A stretch of DNA of 64,000 nt from Azolla caroliniana (lineage: Eukaryota; Plantae; Polypodiophyta), in assembly GCA_043228905.1 (NCBI GenBank), contig JBHGNT010000006.1:5890001-5954000 (forward strand), written 5' to 3'. This document shows, in pieces, positions 12,801 to 25,384 of this stretch; positions within the stretch are counted from its first letter, which is position 1, and every line of letters starts with the position of its first letter. The notes under the pieces were generated by a model. That model did not search any database. It worked only from the letters and a program-made list of their open reading frames with translations, and had not been told where the DNA came from. Both the position numbers and the translations under genes were made by a program.

Positions 12801-15800
12801 GAAAAACATTGCAATAAAAGATGCCAATTGTGTTTGGCAAATAAAGCTCAACTATTTTTACTACATCCAAAACATCATGAAGAAAAACTACCATAAATTA
12901 TCACATTCCAATGATCTTTAAGCTTGCAAAATAAACTGAGACAGGACTAACAAAAAATCCCCTTTTGAATTGAATCACGACATTTTCATAGAGGAAAAGG
13001 AAATCATGGAAAAAAGGGGCATGAACGAGAAGGTAAGGCCAAAAGTGTTAGAAATATTGAGAATCGACTAGATAGGCATATAGAGTTACACACAGAGATG
13101 TATATATGGCAATACAAACTTTCTAGAGCAGCTCACAATGGTAGTCATCCCATGCACTCTCACCTTAGAACTTACATGGGATCTGGACTAGTCGACAAAG
13201 TTAGTGGACACAGATATAGTCACAGCAGCTGTGTAAGAGAAAGAGAGTGGATATTTATATTCTGTGTTTGGTCTTATTGTCACATTAAATGTGCAAGTCA
13301 GTTGATAGTAGTGTATCCCTTTTCTGTTAACTAACTTGTCATTAAATATGACCCAGCTCCCTAGATGAAAGCTAGTGCTAGATAGTACTTATCTTAAAGC
13401 CAATGGCACATACTTCAAGATAAAGTACATCTTAGCCTAACAACAGAGAATCTTCTTCTAGTCGAACTAACTAGTGGATCCCATTACCCTACTTCCCTCT
13501 TTCCTAAATACATTCTCTCCTACTTATCTACAGTTTCTTACATTGACACCTCATCCACCCATATGGTCAGGTTGCACAATAGCAAATCGTTTGGAATGCT
13601 ATCACAAAATGTGCACTCTAAGCATACATCTGCTATCACAAAAGCTGCTATCATTGATTATATCTAACAAAGGTGGAAGAATTTTCAAAAGATATGTATT
13701 ATCCAGAACATTGTTTTCTTCTATCATCCCAAGTAGCAAATTATGTCTAAGAAATATTGACTAATTCTAAAGTATATCTGATACATATTATCCAAAACAT
13801 TATTTTCTTCCATCATCCCAGGTAGCAAATTATGTCTAAGAAATGTTGAATAATTATAAAGTATATCTGATATAAAGTCTCTTTCTTAATTACAATTTAA
13901 GAATCATTACCTGGAAGAAGTTGCTGAAACCAGTTCCAAAAAACTGAGACCAGGAAAAACTAGCAGGAGGATCAACAAAGAAGGGAATTACAATAACCAC
14001 CATCCACAATACTGTAAGTACTGCATTTAATAGGAGAACAAAGCGTAGAAAGCAAAAGGTTAGCATCACAGCTGATCCAAAATTTCCTTCAATCTCTTTC
14101 AACGCACTCCTCCAAGGTTTACTGTTATATGCTTTCTGTTTATGCAAATAAAAAAAAGTATTATATAGAGACCACAAAACATTAGACGAATACTTACAGC
14201 TCATATGAACAAAGAAGAAGATAGCTATCTTATATTTTTGTCTAAATCAGGTGAACGAGACATTTCTTTTTCTTTTTCAGATAGACTTAAGATTTGAAAG
14301 TATGTATAACTGAAGGAAGAAACCAAAGCATGCACGTCTATCCTCTGGATTTTTCATAACTTCCAAGCATTCACTCTATAAATAGAGTCCATCTTACTAG
14401 TTTTACAACTCAGTCCTAGATGTAGTCTTCATGTATAACACATAACATAGGTAAATGACGAAATCAATGTATTCTAATATATTTAGCATGTCCACAACAT
14501 TTAGATTCATTCATCAGTTTCCCAGAGAAGGGTATCCCTTCTATTTGATCCTTCATTGTATGGTCTATCTGAAACTATCACCCCAAAGTTTGATACAGCT
14601 AAAATATAGCTTTAATCCAAGAAATATAGATTTCAAATTAAACCACAAATCTAGCTTTCACCCAAACCCAAATATTTATTTAATCCTAGAATCAGAAAAA
14701 TCCTATTAATTTTTGGTGTATAAAAACAGTGTCAGCTCGTACAACCACAAGAAAGAAAGAAAGATATATTAACGTCTTCTATGACCAAATTAGGCCCATG
14801 ACTATCCTCCATTACACATGCAACCCAAAAGAGGGTCGAGTGCACAACACTGATGGAAGCAGTACAAGATTCAGCATGACTGCAACACAAAAAGGAGAAA
14901 GAAAGAAAGATATATTAAATTTCAATCAGAGACCAAAATGGCATATGAGACTGAACAAGCAATTGCATCTTAAAATGCTGTTATCTTGGAAAATAACAAA
15001 TGAAAATAAATACAACTAAATTTGCAAAACTGCATAGTGTACTCGATATTCCTCGAAGCTATGTAATCATGTGTCATTTGGTGGACTGAAACTTTCTGCC
15101 TCCAAATCAATCGATACTTTACCAATAGTAGCTTAGCTGGTGTTGTAGGAGCATGTTAACAAATAGTGGATGCATCATAATTTTTTCAAGAATTCATGGA
15201 CATGCTGCAACTAAATATGGATAGAATTCAGGTTATATAACCCTTGTGTCAATTTTGAAGTCAGGCAATATCACTCCATTTCTCACTCCATTCAGTTTTT
15301 TCTCTTTATTTCTAACTCATTAGCTAAACACTTAACGTTCTGAACTAAGATGAACTGAAACTTCTGCCTTCGAAAGATGTTCAACATGGACTGATCCAAA
15401 ATGGAGAGGTCTCTGAGTCAAGAAGCATGGAACTGGCAAGGGTGGCACGTGAGTGGTCCACATGGAACTGGCCTATGTACATTACAAATTGATTCTGCTC
15501 CATCTATTGTAACCCCTTTTAGGTGTTGTGTTCAAGACACTACTTGTATAGCCCCTCATTGACTGGTATCATAAGGAGTGATGGAGATTATAGCCCTCTT
15601 TTTATACTTATTTTGGTATGAGTAATATTGAAGCATGCATCTTTATAATCTTCAATACCAATATTTGTTCTTTTGTAGAGCTTGAAGGTGCTTCAGAAGC
15701 CTGCCATCATAGATATAATAATACTCCTTGTTGGTAATCTTGATGAGGAAACTATTCGTGGTGGTGTTGTTTCACAAACTTCTTAGTGCTCAGTTGATGT

Positions 15801-18325
15801 AAGTCCCCAAGAATCAGTTGATTCTCTTGCTCTAGTGTTACAAAGTTGGTTGTACGAGACTTGAGGTCTCACAAGACGCCAAAGTATTCCAGCTTGCTAA
15901 AAGAGTCCAAAGTATTCCAACTTGGCTTCTTTTTTATAACATTTTAGAATAACAATGACTGTCATGCTTATTCTAGTTACATTATTCTAAATCTTGGTTT
16001 TCTGTTACACGTTTCTTACATCACTCTTATTCCTGTATTTCATCATAGAATCTCTCCCTGTGTGTTATGCACAGATTTCAAACATGGTTCCAAGATTCAA
16101 CATCCAAGTTATATAAAATTTAGGGTTTTGGTTCCAAAAAACCCAAGAAACTTTTCTAGGGTTTTCTACATTGGTCCTTCCTGTTTCCGAAATCTTCTCT
16201 CAAGGGTTTCTTCTCCGTGGAGTCAAAGTTCTAGCAAGGAGACTTCAACACATCCTTGGTCCTTGAAATCTATGATAACTTGTGAGGGTTCACAACCTTT
16301 CCTGAAGTAATGATGTTTTCTTCTGATCTCATAGGAGACAGGGTAGCAACATAAATTATGTTCTTGTGCCTCATCCATTGAGAGCATAATTGTAAGCAAC
16401 AAACTTTTGGCTCCAGGCTATCCCATCTTCTTGTCTCTGTCCACAATTGATATGATAAGGTGCAGATGTGCCTGATGATATATCATATGTATGCGAGAAG
16501 TGAATATACATCTTGCTGGGACAAATTACAAATTCATCCAATGATATATATAGGAAGCTGTTCTTGTAATCTCAGTTCAGTTCAGTGGGGTCGGGAGCCC
16601 AAAAAACGAACCAGGCTATATTGGAATTGCAGGAGGTAATCAGGTATCATGCCATTGATTTTAAGCCAAAATATTCATTTATGCATAACAACATCAAGTG
16701 TTCCTTCAGTTTCTGGTTATTTTGATGACGTGAGTTCTAGTCATGGGAATCTTTGTTGAGGGAGCAGAGCTCCTACAATCTCTGCAAGAATAATGTTGCT
16801 TTCCTGACCATTGTGTAGCTCCTAGTGTTTTGACAGAAGATGGTAGCTTTTGGACGATACAAATGATTATTTTTTCTTGCTTCTATTTATGCCAGTAGAA
16901 CTGTTTTATTATCTAAGGCACAAAAATCCTACGTTTATTGTTGCAGCAATTGAGAGAGGAATGGAGATCAACCTTGTACATAGATATTAGAAACAGAGCC
17001 GAGATGTGTAGAATATAAGAGAGTTCTTTATTAGTTATTCGTGCCATGAATCGATCAAAAAGGTAATTCCCCATTTGTTCATCGGCATCATTTGGGGAAA
17101 CAAGCTGTTGGATTCGTTCTCGAGCAATCTTCAAAGTATTTTGGACCTACAGTGCATAATGTAGCTTTTTCTGGTTAAACAGAGAATTTCAAATTTAATC
17201 CTACAAAATATGAATGAGCGAGGGGAGCACACAACTATACAAGTGTGCATTATCATAGATGAACTTCTTATCATTAATCATCGTGATGTGATGTTCATTC
17301 AAAAAAATGTGATCTCAGGTAAGAAAAAGAACCTGAATTTGATTTGCAGTTCTCCTGGGAATTGGAATAATATCAATGTCATCATATCCTCTGCTACTGC
17401 TGCTGGGTAAGGGATCAAGTTCATGTTGGCTTTGAATGGGTCTCTCAATGCAGAATCCCTCAAATGGTGTATCATGGTGATTTAATATGACACCATTAGG
17501 TTGCTCACAGATGTTTGTATTGAGAACCTTTACAATGGAATGACCAGATTCTGTTATTTCCAGTAGAGGCAGACTAATCTCATTTAATTGCATCTTGCCT
17601 TCAAGACTTGGTTGTTGTATTACCGTTTCCTTACATTCAATGTGAGGTTGTGGATCGAGATCTTTTTCAATGGAAGGAACCAATTCTGTTACTTGTTGTA
17701 GAGGAGGATCGATCTCATTCTGACAAATTTTCGATAATTTTTTGGCCTCAATACCTGGTTGAGATGATGCCATTTTTTCTCCCCTGGGGCTAGGTTGTTG
17801 CACATGTAGTAATGACACCCGTTGGTTTGAAGCTTCATATCCCTGTAAATACTGCATGGGATACTGAGGGTCTCTTTTGTGAACATTAGCCTGGAGTGGG
17901 ACTACAGCCAATGGATTTCTTTCAAACTCATTGAGCACAATTACGGAGGCGTGACTCTCTGGATATACTTCATCCAGTACAATACGATGCTCCCCAAATT
18001 CAGATGAGCATGAGTTTGATTCATGAGAGCTCAGTACACCAGGAACCGATTCACGAGAACTCAATTCATTAGAATTTGATTCATGAGAACCCAACTGATT
18101 AGAATATGGTACATGAGAACACAACTCATTAGAATTTGATTCATGAGAACCAAATTCATTACAATTCGATCCAGAGACTGATTCAATAGAACCCAATTCA
18201 TAAGGACCCAAATCGTGAGATCCCATTGATACAGAGGCATCACTGGCTGTATGTTCTTCATCTAGAAGAGGACCATGCTCTGTTCCAGAGCCCAAAGAAT
18301 CACCGTGAAAGCCCATGTTAAGCAT
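3879..18325 (-). CDS. TMC: Transmembrane channel-like (TMC family) protein, multi-exon
   Basis: Exons read by eye: 18325(or 18316)-17333, 17146-16973, 14135-13911, 12227-12082, 8568-8454, 8304-8191, 6138-6036, 5951-5783, [junction unresolved], 5273-5151, 5039-4908, 4808-4668 (GC donor), 4451-4248, 4118-3879. Phases are consistent except at the unresolved junction. TMC motifs occur in order: PWRSALKEIEGNFGSAV..FCFLRF, GNGMEKSWIFYGGY, VFGSWDFGI, KLEDW, CMENAVAKQLLRL (cf. CWET.VGQE.YRL), SIENLVIDIVY..LVWVGSSFSP, PYSASRTSN, CGP. Confidence 0.88.
6800..7500 (+). mobile_element. Degenerate LINE ORF1-like remnant in TMC intron
   Basis: Stop-riddled coiled-coil-like stretch followed by DKRKAHALHVQVVGWAQKESP, resembling the R.NNLRIVG..E motif of LINE ORF1. 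A LINE 3' tail follows at ~7705-7810. Confidence 0.3.
7705..7810 (+). mobile_element. LINE 3'-end fragment
   Basis: aagatgtaatctcttgtttggtcttatt..ggcctcttaaaa..atatatctttctttctt matches the 3' end of the 9490-10444 LINE. Confidence 0.75.
7888..8258. repeat. ~185-bp tandem duplication including the 3' part of a TMC exon
   Basis: Two copies of tgtggcatataatccttg...ttctcaacagaaacatgtgctgcagtcac...ttttgttttaggtgtaa...tctgctagc. Confidence 0.9.
9490..10444 (+). mobile_element. 5'-truncated non-LTR retrotransposon (LINE): C-terminal Cys/His region and 3' UTR
   Basis: QLRTSSHQVQIEVGRY..LEERICQLC/HQGVESEEHYVCH..FYEIRGRY is typical of LINE ORF2 C-termini. It ends in a (TCTT)n tail and is near-identical to 62956-63512 (-). 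Confidence 0.8.
10450..10800 (-). mobile_element. Older LINE fragment, same family
   Basis: Minus strand reads KPLEEWICQLLLWGVKAEEHYV*HSGVFYEIRG. A related piece lies at ~12560-12690. Confidence 0.6.
11172..11511. repeat. ~170-bp tandem duplication
   Basis: tgtgggtcatattcaccaattcaaaggttgt...ccatggaccatcaagcaaacaa occurs twice. Confidence 0.9.
11582..11753. repeat. ~86-bp tandem duplication
   Basis: agaagattgcaaagata...caataccaagttgcacataaaaa occurs twice. A LINE 3' fragment follows at 11755-11845. Confidence 0.85.
13692..13873. repeat. ~90-bp tandem duplication
   Basis: tattatcca.aacatt.ttttcttc.atcatccca.gtagcaaattatgtctaagaaat...aaagtatatctgata occurs twice. Confidence 0.85.
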
Positions 18326-19399
18326 TCGAAGCGTGGGGCTTTGCTACCACGAGAGACGGCAATGGTCTCTGTAACACACAACGATTTCTTTGGAATCTCG
18401 TCGCTGCTTCTTCTTCTTCTTCTTTCATAGCGATGGCGAGGTTTGAAATATGCATATACATGTACGAGGCGTTTGTGCTGCGGGGGAAAGATCATTGGAT
18501 GCGAAAGAGCACGTACCTTCTCAATACATACATATATGCATAGTAAGTAAAATACTCGAATGCATTGGAAAAACATTCTTTCCCATACGCATGACAACGA
18601 ATGCGTATGTTATAAAAACATTCTTATGGTTTTTTTAACACCTTTTACAGTATCTTTCTTATAAAAATTTTACCTTATAATAAATAATGAATACAAAAGT
18701 ATGGTATTTACCATACTTCGAATGTGTTTACCATGCTCGAATTATTGAAACATTCTCGAACGCCGAATGCACGTATGGTTCATACTAATGCATATATGTA
18801 TATAGAGATGGAGATAGATATTGTTATAACTTATAGACTATAGTTAAGAGTCTTCTCCATTGCACCACTCAAATATATAGTTTTGATACAAGAAAGGGTA
18901 AGGTATCCCATGTGAAATATATACACTGTAGCATATCTCATACGTTTCTCTCAATGCGTCCATTCACATTTTTATTTTGCCATGAGGTTTGGTTTTATGG
19001 TTATTACATGTGATTGATTTATTATGCATCCTTTGTGCTTTTGTTGCTGTTGTGGAATATGATTGACCAAATGAGGGTACTTTTCCCCTCCTTGTAGAGA
19101 TGAACCATAATGGAAGATGAAATCTATCATTAGTGTTAAACATTTGATTTAATTTGAAATGTAATGGTATTCGGTAATTTAAAAATAAAAATGGAAGTGG
19201 ATGGATTCTTTTTATTTGTTATAAACCATCCGTAGTATCATCAAACTATTTGGGATGGAATGTTGAGGCATTTCTGCAATTACAATTGTCTTACATGTAT
19301 GTCATTCATAGAAGTTCCAAAACATAGAGTTATATTGAAGCTTGGAGGCTAAATTCAACCAAGGAGAAAAATAGTCCATACAAATGACTATCGTCTAGG

Positions 19400-19800
19400 T
19401 AATACCTTTCTGAACTATATGTTTGCGAACCATGAGGAAAGGTTCAATAAATAGTGCTCCATCCATTAAAAACTTCAACACTTACCACAACAATAAATAG
19501 TGGTCCATCCCATGGCACTAGCTATTTTGATAGCTTGAGACAATCTTCATAAAGAAACAACTTGCACCAATTCTAGGGAACTAGATATCAGCCATCTACT
19601 TCATTCTCTGAGAATGTTGTCAACAATGTCATCCACTAAACATATACTTCCAAGAAGAGAAGGCAAGGGTGAAAGATGTAACATATGAGTTATGAAAGAG
19701 AGTCTTTCAACGTAGGAATGAAATATCCAATCTAACAGCTCTTCATGAGACCATGGAATCACATTTTGACATCTTGCAGGCTTAAGTATTGTCCAAACAA
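19400..19800 (-). pseudogene. Possible degenerate F-box gene fragment
   Basis: Minus strand gives SHEELLDWIF (cf. LPEELL..I) and ASAMG fragments, heavily disrupted. Confidence 0.25.
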
Positions 19801-21415
19801 GAAGCGGTTCTTGTGCAAATAAGCTAGGAGGTGGCTTGCCTCAATGAACTCCTCCCCACAAAAGAAGTATAACTTGTGGTGCAAACAAAGCTGCATGCAT
19901 GAATGTCAGGGGAGACATCACGAGAGTAACAACAAGGGGGTGTAGATAGCCATATACCCTATTGATGGCGCCTTGGGCAAGAGTGGTTAAAACATGGATG
20001 GCTTGGGTACAACATGGATAAAAATCAGGGTGATGGCTTTATTTAAACAATGAAATGCATTCATTGTTTCAAATATTCATGATATAAGCGAGAGGTCAAA
20101 CATCTATGAGTAAATTTTGTTAAACTTCTAGTAGAAATTTTTTAATACTAAGAAACATTGTACACTTTATATTAAAGATGGTGTATGACAGTCTACAATT
20201 GTTTGAACCTTTGTCAGATCCATAAAGACTCCACTTGGTGAGACAACATAACCCAAAAAGTCCCCTTACTTATGATCAAAACTTCACTTATAAAGTTTGA
20301 AATAAAGGTGTTATTCATGTCATCATTGTAGACCCCGAAGAACATGGACATCACAAAGATATCCTCAAAGGTAATTTACTTAAAACCAACCTAAATTAAA
20401 CCCCTCAACTATTAGTAAAGTTCCATGACATGTTATTAGTTTATAGGTTGTTCTATCCTATTTGGGTTGTTTGTATAATTTGGATGTGTGAAGGAAATCC
20501 CAAAATAACATTTTCCATATGTTGAAAATTTAATGGCACATTCATAAGACCAAAATGCATAACAATATGCATGTCTATGTATATGTAAGTGTGTACAGGG
20601 AAGGGAAGACTTGGAGCTGTAGACTTTGGCAAAGAAAGGGTAGCAAGAGTTCATGAAAAAGGGAATGTAAACTGTTTAACGGATGCGTGTCTAGATAGAC
20701 AAGGAGGCATGACAAAGAAAAAAGAAAAGAAAAAGAAGAATATGTGAAACCTAGATTCAAGGGTAGGCATGTTGGATCAAATTTCTTATCATGTCTCATT
20801 AGATTAATCTCCTCTAACCTCTTACTTCTTGGGCGAGAAAAATATCACAACGAAGGAATTCCTAAAAAATGTAAAGAAGACGGAACATTGAAAAACTAGC
20901 CTAAATGTCTTTAAAAATTTGGTACTTCTCAATCGTGTTATGTTTTAGTTTTAAATTTGTTCATGTAGTCCAATACAATGTATGTAGACATTTTTTACAG
21001 GCATATAGCTTGGTGAAATGTATTTAGTCAAAATTTTATGTCATGGCCTCCAAAAGCGAAACTTGATTCTTGTGGTTCAAGTGTTGCTTCTCAACATTGG
21101 ATGGAGATCTTCAATTACATGTTGCGTTGATTTTCATAACGGGGCTAACTATCCAAATTATATTCAATGCTTACTCAAATCTTAAAGTTAGTACAAGGTA
21201 GGGATACTACAACAAGCTTTGACAAACTTATCACTTCTCCATTTAATCACACTTACTGATTTATTGGATAGAAGAGAGAAAATTTGGGTTTATAGAATCT
21301 CATTGCTCATGGTAATAAGCATGAATCTTCTTATGTACCAATGGGATGCAAAGTCTTTTCTAATTATTCTATTAGCACTTTTTGTAATATATTCATACTG
21401 CTTCTGTTGATTTAC

Positions 21416-21850
21416 TTTTTTTTCTAAACAACATATCCTTCCATTAATTTTAAAAAGGCATATCAGCTACAAAATACAAAAAAGATGGAAAGGAAGCGAC
21501 TATCCTTCCCAAACCCGTCTTGTGTACGATAATGATTAGCCATTGATCCTTCTCCATTTAAAATTGCCCATATTGCCAATATGGGTCCACAAATCATACC
21601 ATTACACCATGTAAGACCAAACTTGTTGAACCCACTTATTTTACCAAAATGAGAGATGATTGAGAGATATATAGCATCCAATATGTGACTTTCAACATAC
21701 ATGCTTGACATCAATGTTTATCCTGCCATTGTATCAGGATCCAATTTGATAGCTTCATTCAAGCACAAATTCCCCATATTTATATTGCCAGAGCATCTAC
21801 ATGCTATTAATAAGGTCAACCAAGTACACATATCTACAACTATTGTCCTT
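21416..21850 (-). pseudogene. PLS-PPR E-domain fragment plus 3' UTR and A-tail
   Basis: WLTLLIACRCSGNINMGNLCLNEAIKLDPDTMAG*TLMSSMYVESH, followed by the same 3' sequence as 370-638, 24297-24432 and 30661-30735. Confidence 0.75.
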
Positions 21851-23954
21851 GTTCACGTACATATATGAGTATAAAATGGACTAAAGCCCATATCAAAATT
21901 TAAACCACAACAATGTGCAAAGGTCAACTATGAGATGTAATATTCTCAAGCATTTTGGCATAAGCATGAAGTAGACATTGGAATTCGAGATTAACTTGGA
22001 ACGACTGGTGTTGAAATTAAGAGTAATCTCAATGAGTTTATTGGGTGCAATATGCTCAAATTTCCCATAAACTTGGATTTGTGGTCATGCATTATATTAG
22101 ATGACAACCCATAGAATGAATAAAAAACCATCCACACCTCGAGGAGCAAATAAGAATCAATTGTTTTAGGAATAAATTGACCCCTTAATCAAGTGGGCTC
22201 TTGCATCAAAGAGTGCATGTGCACAATTTGTACGTCAAATAATAAATAAGATTATTTCCATGTTCTTAACAAAATATATCTAAAAATGATTTCAAGCCAA
22301 TGTTTGCTTCCCCTTAAACATAGATGCGACTCTCTATGCCTATTCTTTAATTTACACTTAAAAAGGATGTTGAGCGATGTATAATTTGTATGTCAAATCA
22401 TGGATAAAATTATTTCCACGTTCTTAAATTGTTGTTAGATATTCTTAACAAAACATATCCAAAACTAAATGCAAGTCAATTTTTGCTTCTATTTAAATAC
22501 AGATGGAGCTCTCTAAGTTTATTTGTTAATTTATGCTTAAAAGGACGCCGAGCAATGTACCAAATACAAGGAAACTATTAAATAACAGCAATATTATAAA
22601 CGAGTTTGAATCAAGAGTTCATTCCAATTTCCAACTCACTTTCATAATTGTTGCTATTTACTCGTTTCATTGCATTAGAAACCTCTTTCAAACCTTTTTA
22701 AGTTTGCTCACACATAGTAGTTTGAGATGTGACTCTCTTCGGTTCGAGTCACGTGTCTTTGTAAGGGAATGACAGGAAAAAAGGGAATGTTTGCACTTTA
22801 TAGTCTGCATGTCTATTGTTACAATATCTTTTGCATTATCTTACAAGTTTCACTAGGAGTGAGTGGACATCATCCTTCCTACACCAATCACCAATCCTTA
22901 TCATTTAAAAATTATTGTAAAGAAAATCAATTGAATTGTTCAAACGTTATTCTTTCAATGATCCAAATCCAATGCAATCCTCTAACTATGTGGCTCTTTG
23001 ATTGGCCAATTCAATACTCATAAATCAACTAAGAAAGACCCATCATGTAGAAAATGATGAGAAAATGCCAAATTCCCTTAAATATTTTATATCCATTTCC
23101 AAATTTCCATCAACTGTTAATTAAGAAGTCATTATTAATAATTATAGCCTATAGGTAACACCTTGGTATGTGCTTTTGCTACAAATTGTCATGTTTCGTG
23201 TCTTGACGAATACATTTTTGGAATCCGAAAAAATCCTACTTTGTATAAATCAACAATTAAGACAATCTATTACAGTTAAGTCGATACAAATGAAATCGAT
23301 CATTTAGTGAAATGTGCCAAAGTCATTTCTCGAAATGAAGTGACAAGATAGTAAATATAAGGCAAGAAGTGTCACTCACAAAGTGGCTATTCTCAAGAAA
23401 GGGCAATAAAGGGATACAATTTTCCTTGCATTGACAAAACCTAGCATATTGTGACCTTTGTTAGGTACATTGGTCATAGCTTCATTCATTTCGACACACT
23501 ATTGTGTCGATAGAAGGCCTATAATAATGTGACTCATTAACCCACTTTCTTACTAGGACTACGTCTATTCTAGTCTTTGCACCACTGTTGTTGTCCTTTG
23601 GCTCATGTAGTTGATTTTATGTTTTATCTACCTCACAAATTTTGGTCAACGGGTAGTAATATATTTCTTTGCACAACAAATCCAATTAACTTATTTTCTT
23701 TGAATGAAACACACATAGATGCATCTGTAAGTCTAAGCCTTAATTTGAAATCCTGCCATAAATATGATTCTTTATTGGAACCAAATAGTTATATTCGACT
23801 TACAAATCAATTCCATATTTGAAATGAGTGAGTGACAAGAGACAAAAGAACCAAATCCATATTTATTTACATGGCTACCCAATATATAGGGGTTAAGGGT
23901 GGGCAAAATGATAGAAGAAAGGGGAGAGTTTATGTAGATGTGTTCTAACTTGTG

Positions 23955-24296
23955 CGATGTTATATGCACACAATGGGAATATACAATGGAATAGTGTAAG
24001 TACTAGCTCTACCCATAGTTAACATCTTGCTATCCACCATGGGCCTTTGATGATTACTTGACATCCAACCTCTCAATTAATGTAATAGTGTGGTTGAGAG
24101 AGGGGACTAAGGGTGGGTAGAGTGATATATGGGGGACACTTTATATAGATCTATTGTGCAATGTTATATGCATGCAATGGGTATATACATTGGAATAGCG
24201 TAAGTACTAGTTATGCTCATACTCAACATCTTGCCATCCAACAAGGGCATTTGATGATTACTTGACATCCAACCTCTCAATTAATGTAATCATGTG
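23955..24296. repeat. ~200-bp tandem duplication
   Basis: gatgttatatgca...taagtactag...tgatgattacttgacatccaacctctcaattaatgtaat occurs twice. Confidence 0.85.
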
Positions 24297-24432
24297 ATCC
24301 ATGGCTAGCCATTGTCTTACACATGACGGGCTTGGGAAGTATAGTCGCTTCCTTTCCATCTATTTTGTAGGTTGTAGCTGATATGCCTTTTTTAAAACTA
24401 ATGGAAGGATATTTTGTTTCAAAAAAAATAAT
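24297..24432 (+). mobile_element. Short retroposed insertion (PPR 3'-end derived) with A-tail and 16-bp TSD
   Basis: Flanked by ttaatgtaatcatgtg (24281-24296) and ttaatgtaatcgtgtg (24433-24448). Ends aaaaaaaataa. The empty site is visible in the upstream duplicate at ~24077-24100. Confidence 0.8.
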
Positions 24433-25384
24433 TTAATGTAATCGTGTGGTTGAGAGAGAGAGAGAGAGAGAGAGATGATTCTAGCTCAATTAGTAAGGTT
24501 GTCCGACAGAGGTCAAAATGTCATTCACCCTCACATTCTGATTCCACACCATCTAATAAATTAAGAGAGAACATGTAAGGTGCATTAAAGAGGCAAGAAT
24601 GTCGTTCTTTGAACTCAAGGCCTTATGTTTTTTTCCCAAAAAAATAGGCCTTATGTTGGTAGTTTAACTTAGCACCAAGGGTAATTATTATAATAAATAA
24701 ACTATTGAGCTTTGAACTGAAGGCCTCATGTTGCTACAGAAGCATTATTGTAAGTTAATTAAACAGATATGAAAGCGAGAAAGCTAAAACAATAAATATA
24801 TAGCAATAGTATAAACACAAAAATGTCTTTATTACGAATCCAAAACACACGAGAACCTCCCTTGAGAAGGATAGACTTTCTCACCCACATCTTCGAAAAG
24901 GTGCACTAGATTGACATCGAATACGAAGTTATCAATACCCATGTGCTGATGGAGGAAGATTGGCATAACATTCCATCAAATAAAGTAATACATATGAGGT
25001 GCATGGGTACTTTTAAAGGAAGATTCACATAGCCCTTCATCATATCAAACAAAGCTCAAGCACCAAACACTACTTTCTCATTTCTTGAGTTTCAATTCAT
25101 AATGCTCAATCGGCATTTGAATCATTGACAAACTCTTGACTTTATGTTCCATGATATATATACATGACTCTCCAAACAATGGAGACATGAATCAACTCTT
25201 AGGAGTATGACTTCACTATCCAAAATCTTCACTTTTGAGTACATGTAGTACAGCTTTTTTCAACTTGTTACAAAAATACAACTATACACTAAATGATATT
25301 CTCTAACATCTATTTTGACAGGAGTAAGTTCATACTCTTCGAAGTCTTTATTAGAGTAGTTCCATTTCCATCAGTCCCTTCCAT

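Noticed and set aside
16050-16310. CA+TGGTTCCAAGA resembling an LTR end plus Met PBS
   Set aside because: Poor PBS match, with no partner LTR or coding remnant found.
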